Below are positions 19,623 to 30,090 of a DNA stretch of 64,000 nt, in pieces. Numbering within the stretch: the stretch's first letter is position 1; each line of letters opens with the position of its first letter. This DNA is from Gammaproteobacteria bacterium. Lineage in GTDB: Bacteria; Pseudomonadota; Gammaproteobacteria; UBA1113. The translations under genes were made by a program, and so were the position numbers. The stretch covers positions 8,577-72,576 of the forward strand of contig JAJNBM010000001.1 of NCBI GenBank assembly GCA_021156165.1. Reading direction: 5' to 3'. The notes under the pieces were generated by a model, which was given only the letters and a program-made list of their open reading frames with translations, was not told the DNA's origin and did not search any database.

Positions 19623-20339
19623 TCATTCGGCCACTACACTTTTTTGTAACGCAATAATTTCTTTGATACCTTTTTCTGCCAATAGGAGCATTTGATCTAG
19701 ATCGCTGCGGCTGAAGGCTTCTTTCTCGGCCGTACCTTGAATTTCGATAAAACGGCCTCCCTCATCCATGACTACATTTAAATCGGTTTCAGCCCGACTG
19801 TCTTCACTGTATTCTAAATCCAGTAAGGCTTGTTGATTGTGCACACCTACCGATACCGCGGCAACCCACTGGGTCAGCGGTGATTCACTTAAAATTTGAC
19901 GTTTGCGTAATAGTGAAATAGCGTCGTATAAGGCTACACAACTGCCACTGATAGCTGCGGTGCGTGTGCCGCCATCGGCTTGAAGGACATCGCAATCCAA
20001 TTGTATGGTATTTTCACCCAACAAAGATAAGTTAATGGCCGGACGCAGGGCGCGGCCAATTAAACGCTGAATTTCTACCGTGCGCGCACTTTGTTTGCCT
20101 CTAGCGGCTTCACGCTCATTGCGCTCGTGGGTAGCCCTAGGCAATAAGCCATATTCCGCGCTGAGCCAACCTTTGCCACTGCCTTTTAAAAAGCGCGGCA
20201 CACCGCTGAGGATACTGGCATTGCACAATACTTTGGTATCGCCATATTCAACCAGCACCGATCCTTCAGCATGTTTGGTATAAGCACGGGTAAAGCGGAT
20301 CGGGCGTAGCTCGTCATAAGAGCGGTCATGGGTGCGCAT
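19623..20339 (-). CDS. rph: ribonuclease PH
   Basis: [25 protein letters not shown]...[15 protein letters not shown] is nearly identical in pattern to E. coli Rph; start set to the MRTHDRS methionine. Confidence 0.9.
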   Translation of the reverse strand: MRTHDRSYDELRPIRFTRAYTKHAEGSVLVEYGDTKVLCNASILSGVPRFLKGSGKGWLSAEYGLLPRATHERNEREAARGKQSARTVEIQRLIGRALRPAINLSLLGENTIQLDCDVLQADGGTRTAAISGSCVALYDAISLLRKRQILSESPLTQWVAAVSVGVHNQQALLDLEYSEDSRAETDLNVVMDEGGRFIEIQGTAEKEAFSRSDLDQMLLLAEKGIKEIIALQKSVVAE

Positions 20340-20520
20340 GGGTAACCTCGTTTTAGAAAATGACTGCATTATACGCAATTAGGTGAATAAAAGCCAGCTG
20401 CTAACGTTTCAAAATGACTGTGGAAATGGGGTTTTTATTTCTTTAGTGGAAGAAGGCTGATATGCTTACAGCTATAGAAAATCCAATAACGGCTTGCCCA
20501 AAATACCAATGTCTGCTACC

Positions 20521-20686
20521 TTAGGGCCTGTAGCCATTTAGTTTATCGGCTGCAAAATGAATAAAGCAGTCCAAATAGTAGCAGATTTTCGTCCCATATG
20601 GTCTGATATTCTTCTCAAATTTGCTACGATTTTGCTTGGTTTTATTCATTTTTCGCTTCGACAAACCCAATGGCTACAGGCCCTAA
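20521..20686. repeat. MITE-like element, family A copy 2 (inverted relative to copy 1)
   Basis: its reverse complement is near-identical to 2563..2727; ORF 20557..20742 is a read-through artefact. Confidence 0.7.
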
Positions 20687-20704
20687 TAAAAAATTTAAGG
20701 TGTC

Positions 20705-21577
20705 GTGATGATATACAGTATGACGGGTTTTGCGCGCTATGAAGCAGCGCATCCACAAGGAATTTTGTCTTGGGAAATTAGAGCGGTGAATCACCGTTTC
20801 TTAGACATTCAATTTCGTTTACCCGATTCCGTGCGTGCGTTGGAAATGCGTTTTCGGGAGTGTATACGCGAGTATGTTGAACGTGGCCGCATCGATGTAA
20901 CGCTAAAGTTGCAATGGTCTGTAGATAAAACAGGTGCTTTACAATGCGATGAAGCGCGTCTGAATGCCTTATTAGCAGCAGTAGAACGTATTGAAACCCT
21001 CTCTCCTTTTTCCCACAGCGCGCCATCCCTAGATTGTTTGTTGATGTATCCAGGCATTATTAATGAAGTGGAAATGGATGTCACGCAGATCGAAACCGTG
21101 ATTGTAACGGCCTTAGAACACAGCTTAAAGCTTTTAAATGACAGCCGTCAAAGAGAAGGCGATGCTTTAAAACAAGCGATTATAGAACGTTTGCACAAGG
21201 TAGAAGCACTGGCCAAAGAAGTAGGGCTGTGGCAGCCGGAATTATTGCAACGCCAGCACTCGAAGTTACTGCAACGTTTGCAACAAAGCCCAGTACAAGG
21301 GGATGCACAGCGTTTAGAGCAAGAATTGGTATTTTGGGCGCAAAAGATTGATAATAGCGAAGAAGTCGATCGGCTATTAACGCATGTGGCCGAGGTGCGG
21401 CGCTTGTTGGAGCAAAAGGGCAGTGTGGGCAAAACCCTAGACTTTATGATGCAAGAGCTCAATCGGGAAGCCAATACCATGGCCTCAAAGTCCTTAGACA
21501 GTCAAGTTTCTAAGGTGGCGGTTGACCTAAAAGTGCTCATTGAACAAATGCGTGAACAAGTCCAAAATATTGAGTGA
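20705..21577 (+). CDS. yicC: YicC-family stress-induced protein
   Basis: C-terminal LDFMMQELNREANTMASKS and LKVLIEQMREQVQNIE match the YicC signature; conserved upstream of gmk. Confidence 0.85.
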   Translation: MMIYSMTGFARYEAAHPQGILSWEIRAVNHRFLDIQFRLPDSVRALEMRFRECIREYVERGRIDVTLKLQWSVDKTGALQCDEARLNALLAAVERIETLSPFSHSAPSLDCLLMYPGIINEVEMDVTQIETVIVTALEHSLKLLNDSRQREGDALKQAIIERLHKVEALAKEVGLWQPELLQRQHSKLLQRLQQSPVQGDAQRLEQELVFWAQKIDNSEEVDRLLTHVAEVRRLLEQKGSVGKTLDFMMQELNREANTMASKSLDSQVSKVAVDLKVLIEQMREQVQNIE

Positions 21578-22201
21578 GTGGTGATGACACAACCAGGAAT
21601 TTTATACATTATTTCCGCGCCTTCGGGGGCGGGTAAGACGAGCTTAGTGAATGCCTTGTTGCCGCAGCTAAGCAATACGCGTTTGTCTGTTTCTTATACA
21701 ACGCGGCCTGCGCGTGCAGGAGAGGTCGATGGGGTCAATTATTTTTTTGTGGATGAAGCGAAATTTGCGCAAATGGTAGCCACTAAAAGTTTTATGGAAT
21801 ATGCCACGGTATTTGGTTATCATTATGGCACTTCTTATGCTTGGGTGGCAGAGACTTTAGCGCAAGGCATAGATGTTATTTTGGAGATCGACTGGCAAGG
21901 CGCTAGACAATGTCGTATGTTTCATCCTGATAGCCTATTGATTTTTATATGGCCCCCTTCAAAAGCAGTGTTACAGCAGCGATTAGAGGCGCGGCGCTTG
22001 GACAGCCCAGAGGTCATCCAACGACGTATGAGCGAAGCGGTCAAAGAAATGTCCCATAGTCATGAATATGACTATATTGTGATCAACGATGATTTTTCCC
22101 AAGCCTTGGCAGACCTACAGGCTATTTTTGTGGCAAATAACTTAAAAACACAGCGTCAGTTGCTCAAAAATAAAGACATTTTGGATAAAATACTGTTATA
22201 A
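21578..22201 (+). CDS. gmk: guanylate kinase
   Basis: P-loop ISAPSGAGKTSL and conserved gmk-rpoZ-spoT synteny. Confidence 0.9.
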   Translation: MVMTQPGILYIISAPSGAGKTSLVNALLPQLSNTRLSVSYTTRPARAGEVDGVNYFFVDEAKFAQMVATKSFMEYATVFGYHYGTSYAWVAETLAQGIDVILEIDWQGARQCRMFHPDSLLIFIWPPSKAVLQQRLEARRLDSPEVIQRRMSEAVKEMSHSHEYDYIVINDDFSQALADLQAIFVANNLKTQRQLLKNKDILDKILL

Positions 22202-22234
22202 TGTACCGTTAAATGTTAACTAAAGAGGTTAAAT

Positions 22235-22516
22235 ATGGCTCGCGTTACCGTAGAAGATTGTTTAAAACATACCGATAATCGTTTTAGCTTGGTTTTATTA
22301 GCTGCAAGGCGTGCTCGTCAATTGACGATGACGGCTATGCAACCTTTGGTCGAAGCGGAAAATGACAAAAACACGGTGTTGGCTTTGCGTGAAGTTGCCA
22401 TAGGGCAGATTAGCTTCGATAAATTGGACGAGTGGGATAAATTGTATCAACCTATACCCATGGCTCAGCAAATGGCACAGTACAACCCGCTTCCTCTGGA
22501 CGATGATATACTCTAA
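22235..22516 (+). CDS. rpoZ: RNA polymerase omega subunit
   Basis: [30 protein letters not shown] is the classical RpoZ N-terminus. Confidence 0.9.
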   Translation: MARVTVEDCLKHTDNRFSLVLLAARRARQLTMTAMQPLVEAENDKNTVLALREVAIGQISFDKLDEWDKLYQPIPMAQQMAQYNPLPLDDDIL

Positions 22517-22524
22517 AAAATCTT

Positions 22525-24678
22525 ATGGGGAATAAAATGGCGGAGGATTATTTTGCACCCTTAGCTAAAATTCTATCGGCACGTTATTCCCCCTCTGTAA
22601 TAGAGTCTGTACACAAAGCGTATTTTTTAGCCCATGAAGCACACGAAGGGCAATGTCGTTATAGCGGCGAACCTTATATTACCCATCCTGTTGCCGTTGC
22701 GGGCATTCTGGCACAAATGCATTTAGATTTTCCTACTTTACAAGCCGCCTTATTACACGATGTCATTGAAGACACCAAAGTGAATAAACAAACCATCGTA
22801 GAACAGTTTGGCCCGGATGTGGCGGAGTTGGTCGATGGCGTTAGCAAATTAACGCAAATCAAATTTGAAAGTAAAGCAGAAGCCCAAGCTGAAAACTTTC
22901 GTAAAATGGTTTTAGCGATGGCTAAAGATATACGGGTGGTTATTATCAAATTAGCCGATAGATTACACAATATGCGCACATTGGGCGTGTTGCCTGAATC
23001 CAAACGCAGACGCATTGCACTCGAAACCCTAGAAATTTACGCGCCTATAGCCAATCGCTTAGGGATGCACAGTTTTCGCATTGAGTTTGAAGATTTGGGT
23101 TTTGCTATATTGTACCCATTGCGTTATCGGGTGTTAAAAGAATCTGTAGCCAAAGCGCGTGGTAATCGTAAGGAAATTTTGGCCGAAATTGAAACCACCT
23201 TGCAACAAGCTTTACGCAAAGCAGGCATTGCTACAATAAGTATACTGGGACGAGAAAAATACCTTTATAGTATTTATAAAAAAATGCTCAATAAGCACAT
23301 TGCTTTTTCCGAAATTATGGATGTATATGCTTTTCGCATTATTGTGAGTTCTGTAGACAGTTGTTATCGCGTTTTGGGAGCAATGCATACTTCATTTAAA
23401 CCGGTTCCGGAACGGTTTAAAGATTACATTGCTATTCCCAAGGCCAATGGCTATCAATCATTGCATACGGTTTTATTTGGCCCTTACGGGGTGCCAATCG
23501 AAATCCAAATTCGCACGGAAGACATGGATGCGATGGCCGAAAGCGGCATTGCGGCCCATTGGTTATATAAAAATTCTGCTAAAAATAAAGCGCGAGCGCA
23601 TTTGCGTGCTCAAGCGTGGTTACAAGGGTTAGTGGAAATGCAAAAAGGGGGCGATAGCTCCTTAGAATTTATTGAAAATGTTAAAATTGATTTATTTCCC
23701 GACGAAGTGTATGTGTTTACCCCTAAAGGCAATATTTTAGAATTGCCACGCGGTGCCTGCCCGGTTGATTTTGCTTATGCAATTCATACTGATATAGGCA
23801 ATGCATGCGTTGCCGCCAAAATTAATCGACGTTTAGCGCCCTTGAGTAATCAATTATTAAGTGGCCAAACGGTGGAAATTATCACGGCTCCAGAGGCTAG
23901 ACCTAATCCGGCTTGGCTAAACTTTGTGGTGACGGCAAAAGCACGCAGTGAAATCAGACAGGCAGTGCAAAAACAAAAACTGGGTGAATCTATTGAATTA
24001 GGGCGGCGCTTATTAGAGCGTGCCTTGAGTACTTTATCCTTGCGCTTAGAAGATATTTCGCCCGAGAATCTACGACATGTGTTGCAAGAATCAAAATTTA
24101 AAACTCTGGAAGAATTGTTGGAATCTATGGGCTTAGGCTCGCAGATCCCTTTAGCCGTGGCGCGACGTTTGGCTTTTGCGGTTAAGGATGAAGCAGGAGA
24201 AGAGGAACAAGAAAAACAAAAAGCAACGCGCCTATTAGCGAAACAACCCTTGGTTATCAAAGGCAGCGAGGGCTTAGTGGTAACTTTTGCAGAATGTTGT
24301 AGACCCATTCCCGGCGATGTTATTGTGGGTATTTTGTCCTCTGGTCGCGGGATGGTGGCCCATCGCGAGCAATGTAAGGAAGTCAAGCATTTACACGGCA
24401 CGCCTACCTGTATTTATTTAAGCTGGCAAGAGAATACGCCTCGTGAATTTTACACGGAGATTGTGGCCGATGTTTATAATCGACGGGGTGTCTTGGCAGA
24501 ATTGGCCGCCGCTATTTCATTTTCTTCAGCCAACATTGAAGATGTGGGGGTGAAAGATAAAGATGGCCGCTACAGTGAAGTGCATATGACGCTTACAGTG
24601 CATGATAGAGCCCATCTAGCGCAAGTGTTAAGACGTATTCGTGCCTTGGAAGCTACCATACGCGTCATTAGAATTTAA
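22525..24678 (+). CDS. spoT: bifunctional (p)ppGpp synthetase/hydrolase
   Basis: 717 aa; HD hydrolase HDVIEDT, synthetase RFKDYIAIPKANGYQSLHT, TGS and ACT regions; aligns along its full length with E. coli SpoT; downstream of rpoZ. Confidence 0.95.
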   Translation: MGNKMAEDYFAPLAKILSARYSPSVIESVHKAYFLAHEAHEGQCRYSGEPYITHPVAVAGILAQMHLDFPTLQAALLHDVIEDTKVNKQTIVEQFGPDVAELVDGVSKLTQIKFESKAEAQAENFRKMVLAMAKDIRVVIIKLADRLHNMRTLGVLPESKRRRIALETLEIYAPIANRLGMHSFRIEFEDLGFAILYPLRYRVLKESVAKARGNRKEILAEIETTLQQALRKAGIATISILGREKYLYSIYKKMLNKHIAFSEIMDVYAFRIIVSSVDSCYRVLGAMHTSFKPVPERFKDYIAIPKANGYQSLHTVLFGPYGVPIEIQIRTEDMDAMAESGIAAHWLYKNSAKNKARAHLRAQAWLQGLVEMQKGGDSSLEFIENVKIDLFPDEVYVFTPKGNILELPRGACPVDFAYAIHTDIGNACVAAKINRRLAPLSNQLLSGQTVEIITAPEARPNPAWLNFVVTAKARSEIRQAVQKQKLGESIELGRRLLERALSTLSLRLEDISPENLRHVLQESKFKTLEELLESMGLGSQIPLAVARRLAFAVKDEAGEEEQEKQKATRLLAKQPLVIKGSEGLVVTFAECCRPIPGDVIVGILSSGRGMVAHREQCKEVKHLHGTPTCIYLSWQENTPREFYTEIVADVYNRRGVLAELAAAISFSSANIEDVGVKDKDGRYSEVHMTLTVHDRAHLAQVLRRIRALEATIRVIRI

Positions 24679-24693
24679 GAGGAGTAATAGGAT

Positions 24694-25101
24694 ATGACCG
24701 ATCACAATGAACGCAAGGCAATTTATACCAAAAATGCACCCGAACCCATAGGCATCTATTCTCAAGCTGTGAAAGTGGGGGAAACGGTGTATTTGTCCGG
24801 ATCAATAGGTGTCATTCCACAAACGGGTGAAATGAGAGAGGATATATTAACACAAATACATCAAGTGTTTACTAATTTAGAACAGGTGGCTAAAACCTGT
24901 GGCGCTACTTTACAAGATTGCGTTAAGTTCACCGTTTATTTGTTAGACTTGAATCACTTTCCTTTGATCAACGAAGTGATGCAAGAATATTTATCACCGC
25001 CTTTCCCTGCTCGTACCACGGTAGAGGTATCGCGCTTACCCAAAGGCGCTTTAGTCGAAGTCGATGCTATTTTGGTGTTGAATACGAAGCTTGCGACTTA
25101 G
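24694..25101 (+). CDS. ridA: RidA/YjgF-family reactive intermediate deaminase
   Basis: 135 aa; YjgF/chorismate-mutase-like fold motifs (AP.PIG.YSQAVKVG..V.LSG, ARTTVEVSRLPKGA.VEVDAI); stop codon lies within a solo family A TIR. Confidence 0.8.
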   Translation: MTDHNERKAIYTKNAPEPIGIYSQAVKVGETVYLSGSIGVIPQTGEMREDILTQIHQVFTNLEQVAKTCGATLQDCVKFTVYLLDLNHFPLINEVMQEYLSPPFPARTTVEVSRLPKGALVEVDAILVLNTKLAT

Positions 25102-25135
25102 GGCCTGTGGACATTCCGTTTATCGAAACGAAATG
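25099..25135. repeat. solo terminal inverted repeat of MITE family A (TAGGGCCTGTGGACATTCCGTTTATCGAAACGAAATG)
   Basis: matches the first ~37 bp of 2563..2727 with a few mismatches. Confidence 0.5.
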
Positions 25136-25182
25136 TCAAACAGTATTATGGTATAATTAGATCATTATTCAAACCAAAGGCA

Positions 25183-26502
25183 ATGCAAAAAATGAACAAT
25201 GTAACTGAATTTAAACGCCGCCGTCTCGCTTTACAATCCCAATTAAAACCACGCAGTATGGCGCTATTGATGGCGCGGCCGGAAGTATTGCGTAATGGCG
25301 ATACTGCCTATCCCTATAGGCCTGACAGCAATTTTTTCTATTTAAGCGGTCTTGCTGAACCTGAAGCCGTATTTATCTTATTATCCAAAGACTTGGGTGG
25401 GCAATGCATTTTATTTAACCGTCCTCGCGACCCTAAACTTGAACGTTGGAATGGCTTTATGCTGGGTCTAGAAGGGGCATTGTCTGAATTGGCCGTGGAT
25501 GAAGCTTACCCTATTGCTGAATTTCAACAAAAATTACCCGATTATTTACAACAAGTGCAATGCGTTTACGCGCCTTGGGGAAGAATGCCGCAATTAGATC
25601 AATGGATCATGGACGCACAAGAGCATTTAAAAAAGCAAGTGCGTAGAGGCGTTTCTTGGCCTACGGAATGCATAGATGTGCAACACATGGTAGACGAAAT
25701 GCGTGTCATCAAAAGCGATTATGAAATCCAGTTGATGCGCCATGCAGCGCAAAGCAGCGTAAAAGCGCATCGTGCGGTGATGCAATATGCCAAACCCGGC
25801 TTGCACGAATACCAAGTGGAAGCGCATTTTAATTACCATTGCGGCTTAGAAAATTGTCGCTTCCAAGCATACCCACCCATAGTCGCGAGCGGCGCCAATG
25901 CCTGTATTTTGCATTATGTAGACAACGCAGCGCCGTTGCAGGATGGCGATTTATTATTGATCGATGCGGGCGGTGAATATAACTATTATACTTCTGATAT
26001 AACGCGTACCTTCCCTGTGAATGGCCGCTTTAGCGAGCCACAACGACAAATTTACGAATTGGTATTAGCGGCACAGTTAGCGGGTATCGCTGCCGTGAAG
26101 CCGGGTGTTGCCTGGAATGAAGTGCAACGCGTGATGTTGCATATTCTAACGACGGGTTTAGTTGCCCTAGGGTTACTACAAGGCGATGTAGATACGCTGA
26201 TAGAGGAAAAAGCATTTTTACAATTTTATATGCACGGTTCAGGCCATTTTTTAGGCTTAGATACCCACGATGCGGGTGCTTATAAGATCGCGGGTCAATG
26301 GCGACTGTTGGAGCCGGGCATGACCTTAACGGTAGAGCCGGGCCTTTATATAGACGCCAACGATACTTCGGTGGATAAAAAATGGCGCGGCATAGGTGTG
26401 CGCATTGAAGACGATGTTGTCGTGACTAAAGAAGGCTGTGACATTTTAAGCGATGGCTTAATTAAAACAGTTGCCGATATAGAGGCATGGATGGCGCGAT
26501 GA
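25183..26502 (+). CDS. pepP: Xaa-Pro aminopeptidase
   Basis: 439 aa; pita-bread fold metal ligands (DAGGEY, HGSGHFLGLDTHD, VEPGLY, IEDDVVVT); pepP-ubiH-ubiI order as in E. coli. Confidence 0.85.
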   Translation: MQKMNNVTEFKRRRLALQSQLKPRSMALLMARPEVLRNGDTAYPYRPDSNFFYLSGLAEPEAVFILLSKDLGGQCILFNRPRDPKLERWNGFMLGLEGALSELAVDEAYPIAEFQQKLPDYLQQVQCVYAPWGRMPQLDQWIMDAQEHLKKQVRRGVSWPTECIDVQHMVDEMRVIKSDYEIQLMRHAAQSSVKAHRAVMQYAKPGLHEYQVEAHFNYHCGLENCRFQAYPPIVASGANACILHYVDNAAPLQDGDLLLIDAGGEYNYYTSDITRTFPVNGRFSEPQRQIYELVLAAQLAGIAAVKPGVAWNEVQRVMLHILTTGLVALGLLQGDVDTLIEEKAFLQFYMHGSGHFLGLDTHDAGAYKIAGQWRLLEPGMTLTVEPGLYIDANDTSVDKKWRGIGVRIEDDVVVTKEGCDILSDGLIKTVADIEAWMAR

Positions 26503-27821
26503 GTGATGAGAGCTATGATATTGTTATTGTAGGCGGAGGCCTAGTAGGCAATAGCTTAGCTTTGGCTTTAGCCCAATCCTCTTTACAAATAGCCGTTGTT
26601 GAAGCTATCGATTATGAACAAAAAACAGAAATTTCTATCCATAGCATTTCGAGTTGCGACGAGGCGTGTGCGCAGACGAGCAGCGCAGTGTACATACCAG
26701 TACATGAGCAGCGAGACAAGCATACAACAAAGTCGCAGCTTGAAAGGCGAAGGGTAGAAGACAATCGTGCTATAGGTCTCTCGTACACCTCCCAACGCAT
26801 TTTACAAAAACTAGGCGTGTGGCCGCAAATAGAAGCTAAAGCGCATCCTATAGACAGTGTACACATTTCATTGCAAGGCCGTTTTGGGGTAGCCACTATT
26901 TCAGCTGCAGAGCAGGGCTTGGCATCCTTGGGTTGTAATATCGATATTCATTATTTACAAAAAATTCTAGCGCACAGGGTGCGTTTAGAGGCTTTGGCTT
27001 TGTACGCACCCTATCGAGTCAACCTCTGCCATCGTGTGGAGGGACAATGGCAATTAACTTTGACGAATGGGCCTATAGAAAAAAAACTTAAAGCACGTTT
27101 AGTGGTTGCTGCAGATGGCAGTGATTCTGAATTAAGGCGTACTATGGGCATCACTGCACAAGTATGGGATTATCAGCAAAGTGCCTTAGTGTCCCGCTTA
27201 ACTTTCAGTAAACCTTTAAATAACCGATCCTATGAGCGCTTTACGCCTCTAGGCTTAATGGCCATATTGCCCGCAGGCGCACATGAAGCCACTTTCATTT
27301 GGAGCACAACGCACGACCAAGCCGCTTATTGGCAAAACGCCGATGAAAAAATAGTGTTGCAGCAATTGCAAAATATATGGGGTTATAGATTAGGGCGTTT
27401 GCAAAGCGCATCGCCCGCTGTTCATTACCCATTGCGACGTATAGAGGCCAATCAATTATATCAAGAGGGCTTCGTTTTAATAGGAAATGCCGCACAGACT
27501 TTGCATCCGGTAGCAGCGCAAGGTTTTAATTTAGGTTTGCGCAGTGCCATGATGTTGGCTGAAGTGTTGTGCTCGGCGCAAAAGGGTGGTCGTGATTATG
27601 CTGAGGCGGCTATTTTGGCTGAATATGTGGCTAAACAAGCCTTAGATAGAAAGCAGATCGCGCGGTTTACGCACTTTTTAGTGAGTCGTTTCGCCGCAGA
27701 CAGGGAATTTTTCAACCAGTGGCGACCTTTGGCTTTGTGCGGTTTAGAATGGGTTCCAGGAGCCAAATCTTTATTGGCGCGTTTAGGCTTAGGGGGCGCG
27801 CAAAAAGCATTATGGGTGTAG
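26487..27821 (+). CDS. ubiH: 2-octaprenyl-6-methoxyphenol hydroxylase-like FAD monooxygenase
   Basis: FAD Rossmann DIVIVGGGLVGNSLALAL, GD motif LVVAADGSDS, C-terminal LIGNAAQTLHPVAAQGFNLGLRS; carries a ~35-aa insertion after the Rossmann fold. Confidence 0.8.
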   Translation: MDGAMSDESYDIVIVGGGLVGNSLALALAQSSLQIAVVEAIDYEQKTEISIHSISSCDEACAQTSSAVYIPVHEQRDKHTTKSQLERRRVEDNRAIGLSYTSQRILQKLGVWPQIEAKAHPIDSVHISLQGRFGVATISAAEQGLASLGCNIDIHYLQKILAHRVRLEALALYAPYRVNLCHRVEGQWQLTLTNGPIEKKLKARLVVAADGSDSELRRTMGITAQVWDYQQSALVSRLTFSKPLNNRSYERFTPLGLMAILPAGAHEATFIWSTTHDQAAYWQNADEKIVLQQLQNIWGYRLGRLQSASPAVHYPLRRIEANQLYQEGFVLIGNAAQTLHPVAAQGFNLGLRSAMMLAEVLCSAQKGGRDYAEAAILAEYVAKQALDRKQIARFTHFLVSRFAADREFFNQWRPLALCGLEWVPGAKSLLARLGLGGAQKALWV

Positions 27822-29005
27822 TAAAAGAACAGTATAATATAATCATCGTTGGCGGCGGTATAGTAGGTTTAACCTTGGCTTTGTTGTTGGCGCAAAGCGA
27901 TAAACGCATAGCATTAATAGAGAAAAGAGCTAAAATAGAATCTTTTAATCGTGCACAATATGATGTGCGTGTGAGCGCGGTAACACCCGCTTCTGTTAAG
28001 CTGTTTGAACAGTTATCCGTTTGGAAGGACATGGTGGCGTTACGCGTCAGCCCTTTTACGCATATGCATGTTTGGGATGGGGATGGCCGCGGTAAAATTG
28101 AATTTGACGCGGCAAGTGCGGGCGTGAATCAATTGGGTTATATAGTAGAAAATAATGTAATGTTACAAGCGCTGTGGCAACGCGTCGCGTCTACAGCGCA
28201 AATTGAAGTGTTAAGCGATATCGAATTAGAATACTTAGAACGACATGAAAATAACCCTAACATCGAATTACACGGCGGCGATAGGATTTTAACTGCACCG
28301 CTGGTTATAGGCGCCGATGGCGCGCAGTCGTGGTTGCGGCAAGCGGCCCACATTGCTATGACGGAACGCGATTATCAACACCATGCTTTGGTGTGTACGG
28401 TCAAAACAGAAAAAGCCCACGATAAAACAGCGCGGCAGCGTTTTATGACAGAAGGGCCATTGGCATTTTTGCCGCTAGATGCAGCGCATTATTCTTCTAT
28501 TGTTTGGTCCAGTGCGCCTACCCATATTGATGCCTTGATGCAATTATCAGATGAGGGTTTTGCTCTAGCGCTAACAGACGCTTTTCAATCTCAATTAGGT
28601 GCGGTAATAGAAGTGGGGCCACGAGCAAGATTTCCTTTAATTATGCGTCATGCACAGCACTATGTACAAGCCGGTTTAGCCTTAGTCGGCGATGCCGCAC
28701 ACACGGTGCATCCTTTGGCAGGACAAGGTTTAAATTTAGGTTTAGCGGATGCAGCCTTATTAGCGGAATTGGTGTTAGAAGAGTACGCCCATAAAAATGA
28801 GTATGTAAAATACAGTACTTTAAGGCGCTATGAACGTGCACGCAAGACAGAGAATGCAACCATGTTAGCGGCTATGGATGGTTTTAAGCACTTATTTGGC
28901 AATGATATCCCTGTGATTAAATGGCTACGTCATCGTGGTTTGAATTTAACAGATCGCTCGAGCTTTATTAAGAGTTTGATTTTACAAAAAGCGATGGGGG
29001 TTTGA
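27812..29005 (+). CDS. ubiI: FAD-dependent ubiquinone biosynthesis hydroxylase (UbiI/VisC or UbiF-like)
   Basis: NIIIVGGGIVGLTLALLL, VIGADGAQSWLR, LVGDAAHTVHPLAGQGLNLGLAD; start moved to the internal ATG overlapping the ubiH stop. Confidence 0.8.
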   Translation: MGVVKEQYNIIIVGGGIVGLTLALLLAQSDKRIALIEKRAKIESFNRAQYDVRVSAVTPASVKLFEQLSVWKDMVALRVSPFTHMHVWDGDGRGKIEFDAASAGVNQLGYIVENNVMLQALWQRVASTAQIEVLSDIELEYLERHENNPNIELHGGDRILTAPLVIGADGAQSWLRQAAHIAMTERDYQHHALVCTVKTEKAHDKTARQRFMTEGPLAFLPLDAAHYSSIVWSSAPTHIDALMQLSDEGFALALTDAFQSQLGAVIEVGPRARFPLIMRHAQHYVQAGLALVGDAAHTVHPLAGQGLNLGLADAALLAELVLEEYAHKNEYVKYSTLRRYERARKTENATMLAAMDGFKHLFGNDIPVIKWLRHRGLNLTDRSSFIKSLILQKAMGV

Positions 29006-30054
29006 ACAATATGAAAAATGATAATCCCAGCCTCCAATCAGGCCATAATTTGATCAATCCTATTCGTGAACTGATCGTGGCTGCTCGAGGGCAGGTGCTG
29101 CGGGCTATCAATGGCAGTATGGTAGAAACTTATTGGAATATAGGCCGTTTGATTGTTGAAGAAGAGCAGGCAGGTGAACAGCGGGCAGCTTATGGCAAGC
29201 AGCAATTACAGCATTTGGCCAAAGAATTGACAAAAGAATTTGGAAAAGGCTTTGATGTGCGAAACTTGAGCAACATGCGTGCATTTTACCTTACTTTCTC
29301 AAATTGGAACGCAGTGCGTACCGAATTGAGCTGGACTCACTATCGGGCTTTAATCCGTATCGAAAATATACAAGCCCGAAAATGGTATATGCAAGAGACT
29401 ATTGCTCAAAGCTGGAGTGCACGCGCCCTTGAACGGCAAATATCGGTGCTTTATTATGAACGATTATTATCTAGTCAAGATCGGGCTTCGGTAATAGAAG
29501 AAGCAAAGGAAAAAGCCTCATCGTTAAATGAGAATAAACATGACTATCTAAGAGACCCTTATATCTTAGATTTTTTAAATCTTGATGGGCAACCATTCTT
29601 AGAAACAGATCTAGAGCAAGGCATTATTAACAATCTGCAAAAATTTCTCTTAGAGTTAGGGAAGGGTTTTGCTTTTGTGGCGCGCCAAGAGCGTATTCGC
29701 ACTGAAGATCAGGATTTTTATCTAGACCTGGTTTTTTACAATTTTAAACTAAAATGTTTTTTGCTGATTGATCTTAAACTGGGAAAACTCAATCATCAAG
29801 ATGTTGGCCAGATGGATACGTATATTCGCATTTATGATCAACATCGTAAAAATAGCGACGATAATCCTACCATAGGTTTAATCCTTTGTAGCCAAAAAAG
29901 CGAAGCGGTGGTTAAATACTCCGTTCTTACGGACAGCAAACAAATGTTTGCCGCAAAATATTTGGATCATCTGCCTACAGAGCAAGAGTTAAAACAGGAG
30001 CTAGAACGAGAGCGAGCTTTAGTACAAGAGCAATTGGAGAGTAAGTATGAGTGA
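29002..30054 (+). CDS. DUF1016/YhcG-like PD-(D/E)xK nuclease family protein
   Basis: C-terminal FYLDLVFYNFKLKCFLLIDLKLGKL fits a PD-(D/E)xK core with YhcG-type N-terminal helical domain; TTG/ATG start abuts the ubiI stop. Confidence 0.55.
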   Translation: MNNMKNDNPSLQSGHNLINPIRELIVAARGQVLRAINGSMVETYWNIGRLIVEEEQAGEQRAAYGKQQLQHLAKELTKEFGKGFDVRNLSNMRAFYLTFSNWNAVRTELSWTHYRALIRIENIQARKWYMQETIAQSWSARALERQISVLYYERLLSSQDRASVIEEAKEKASSLNENKHDYLRDPYILDFLNLDGQPFLETDLEQGIINNLQKFLLELGKGFAFVARQERIRTEDQDFYLDLVFYNFKLKCFLLIDLKLGKLNHQDVGQMDTYIRIYDQHRKNSDDNPTIGLILCSQKSEAVVKYSVLTDSKQMFAAKYLDHLPTEQELKQELERERALVQEQLESKYE

Positions 30055-30090
30055 TTTTTTCTGTATGCATTGGCGGGGGTGATTTATTAA

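Noticed and set aside
20557-20742. 61-aa ORF
   Set aside because: Translation through MITE family A copy 2.
23850-24401. 183-aa minus-strand ORF within spoT
   Set aside because: Antisense to full-length SpoT; Ser/Cys-rich low-complexity translation.
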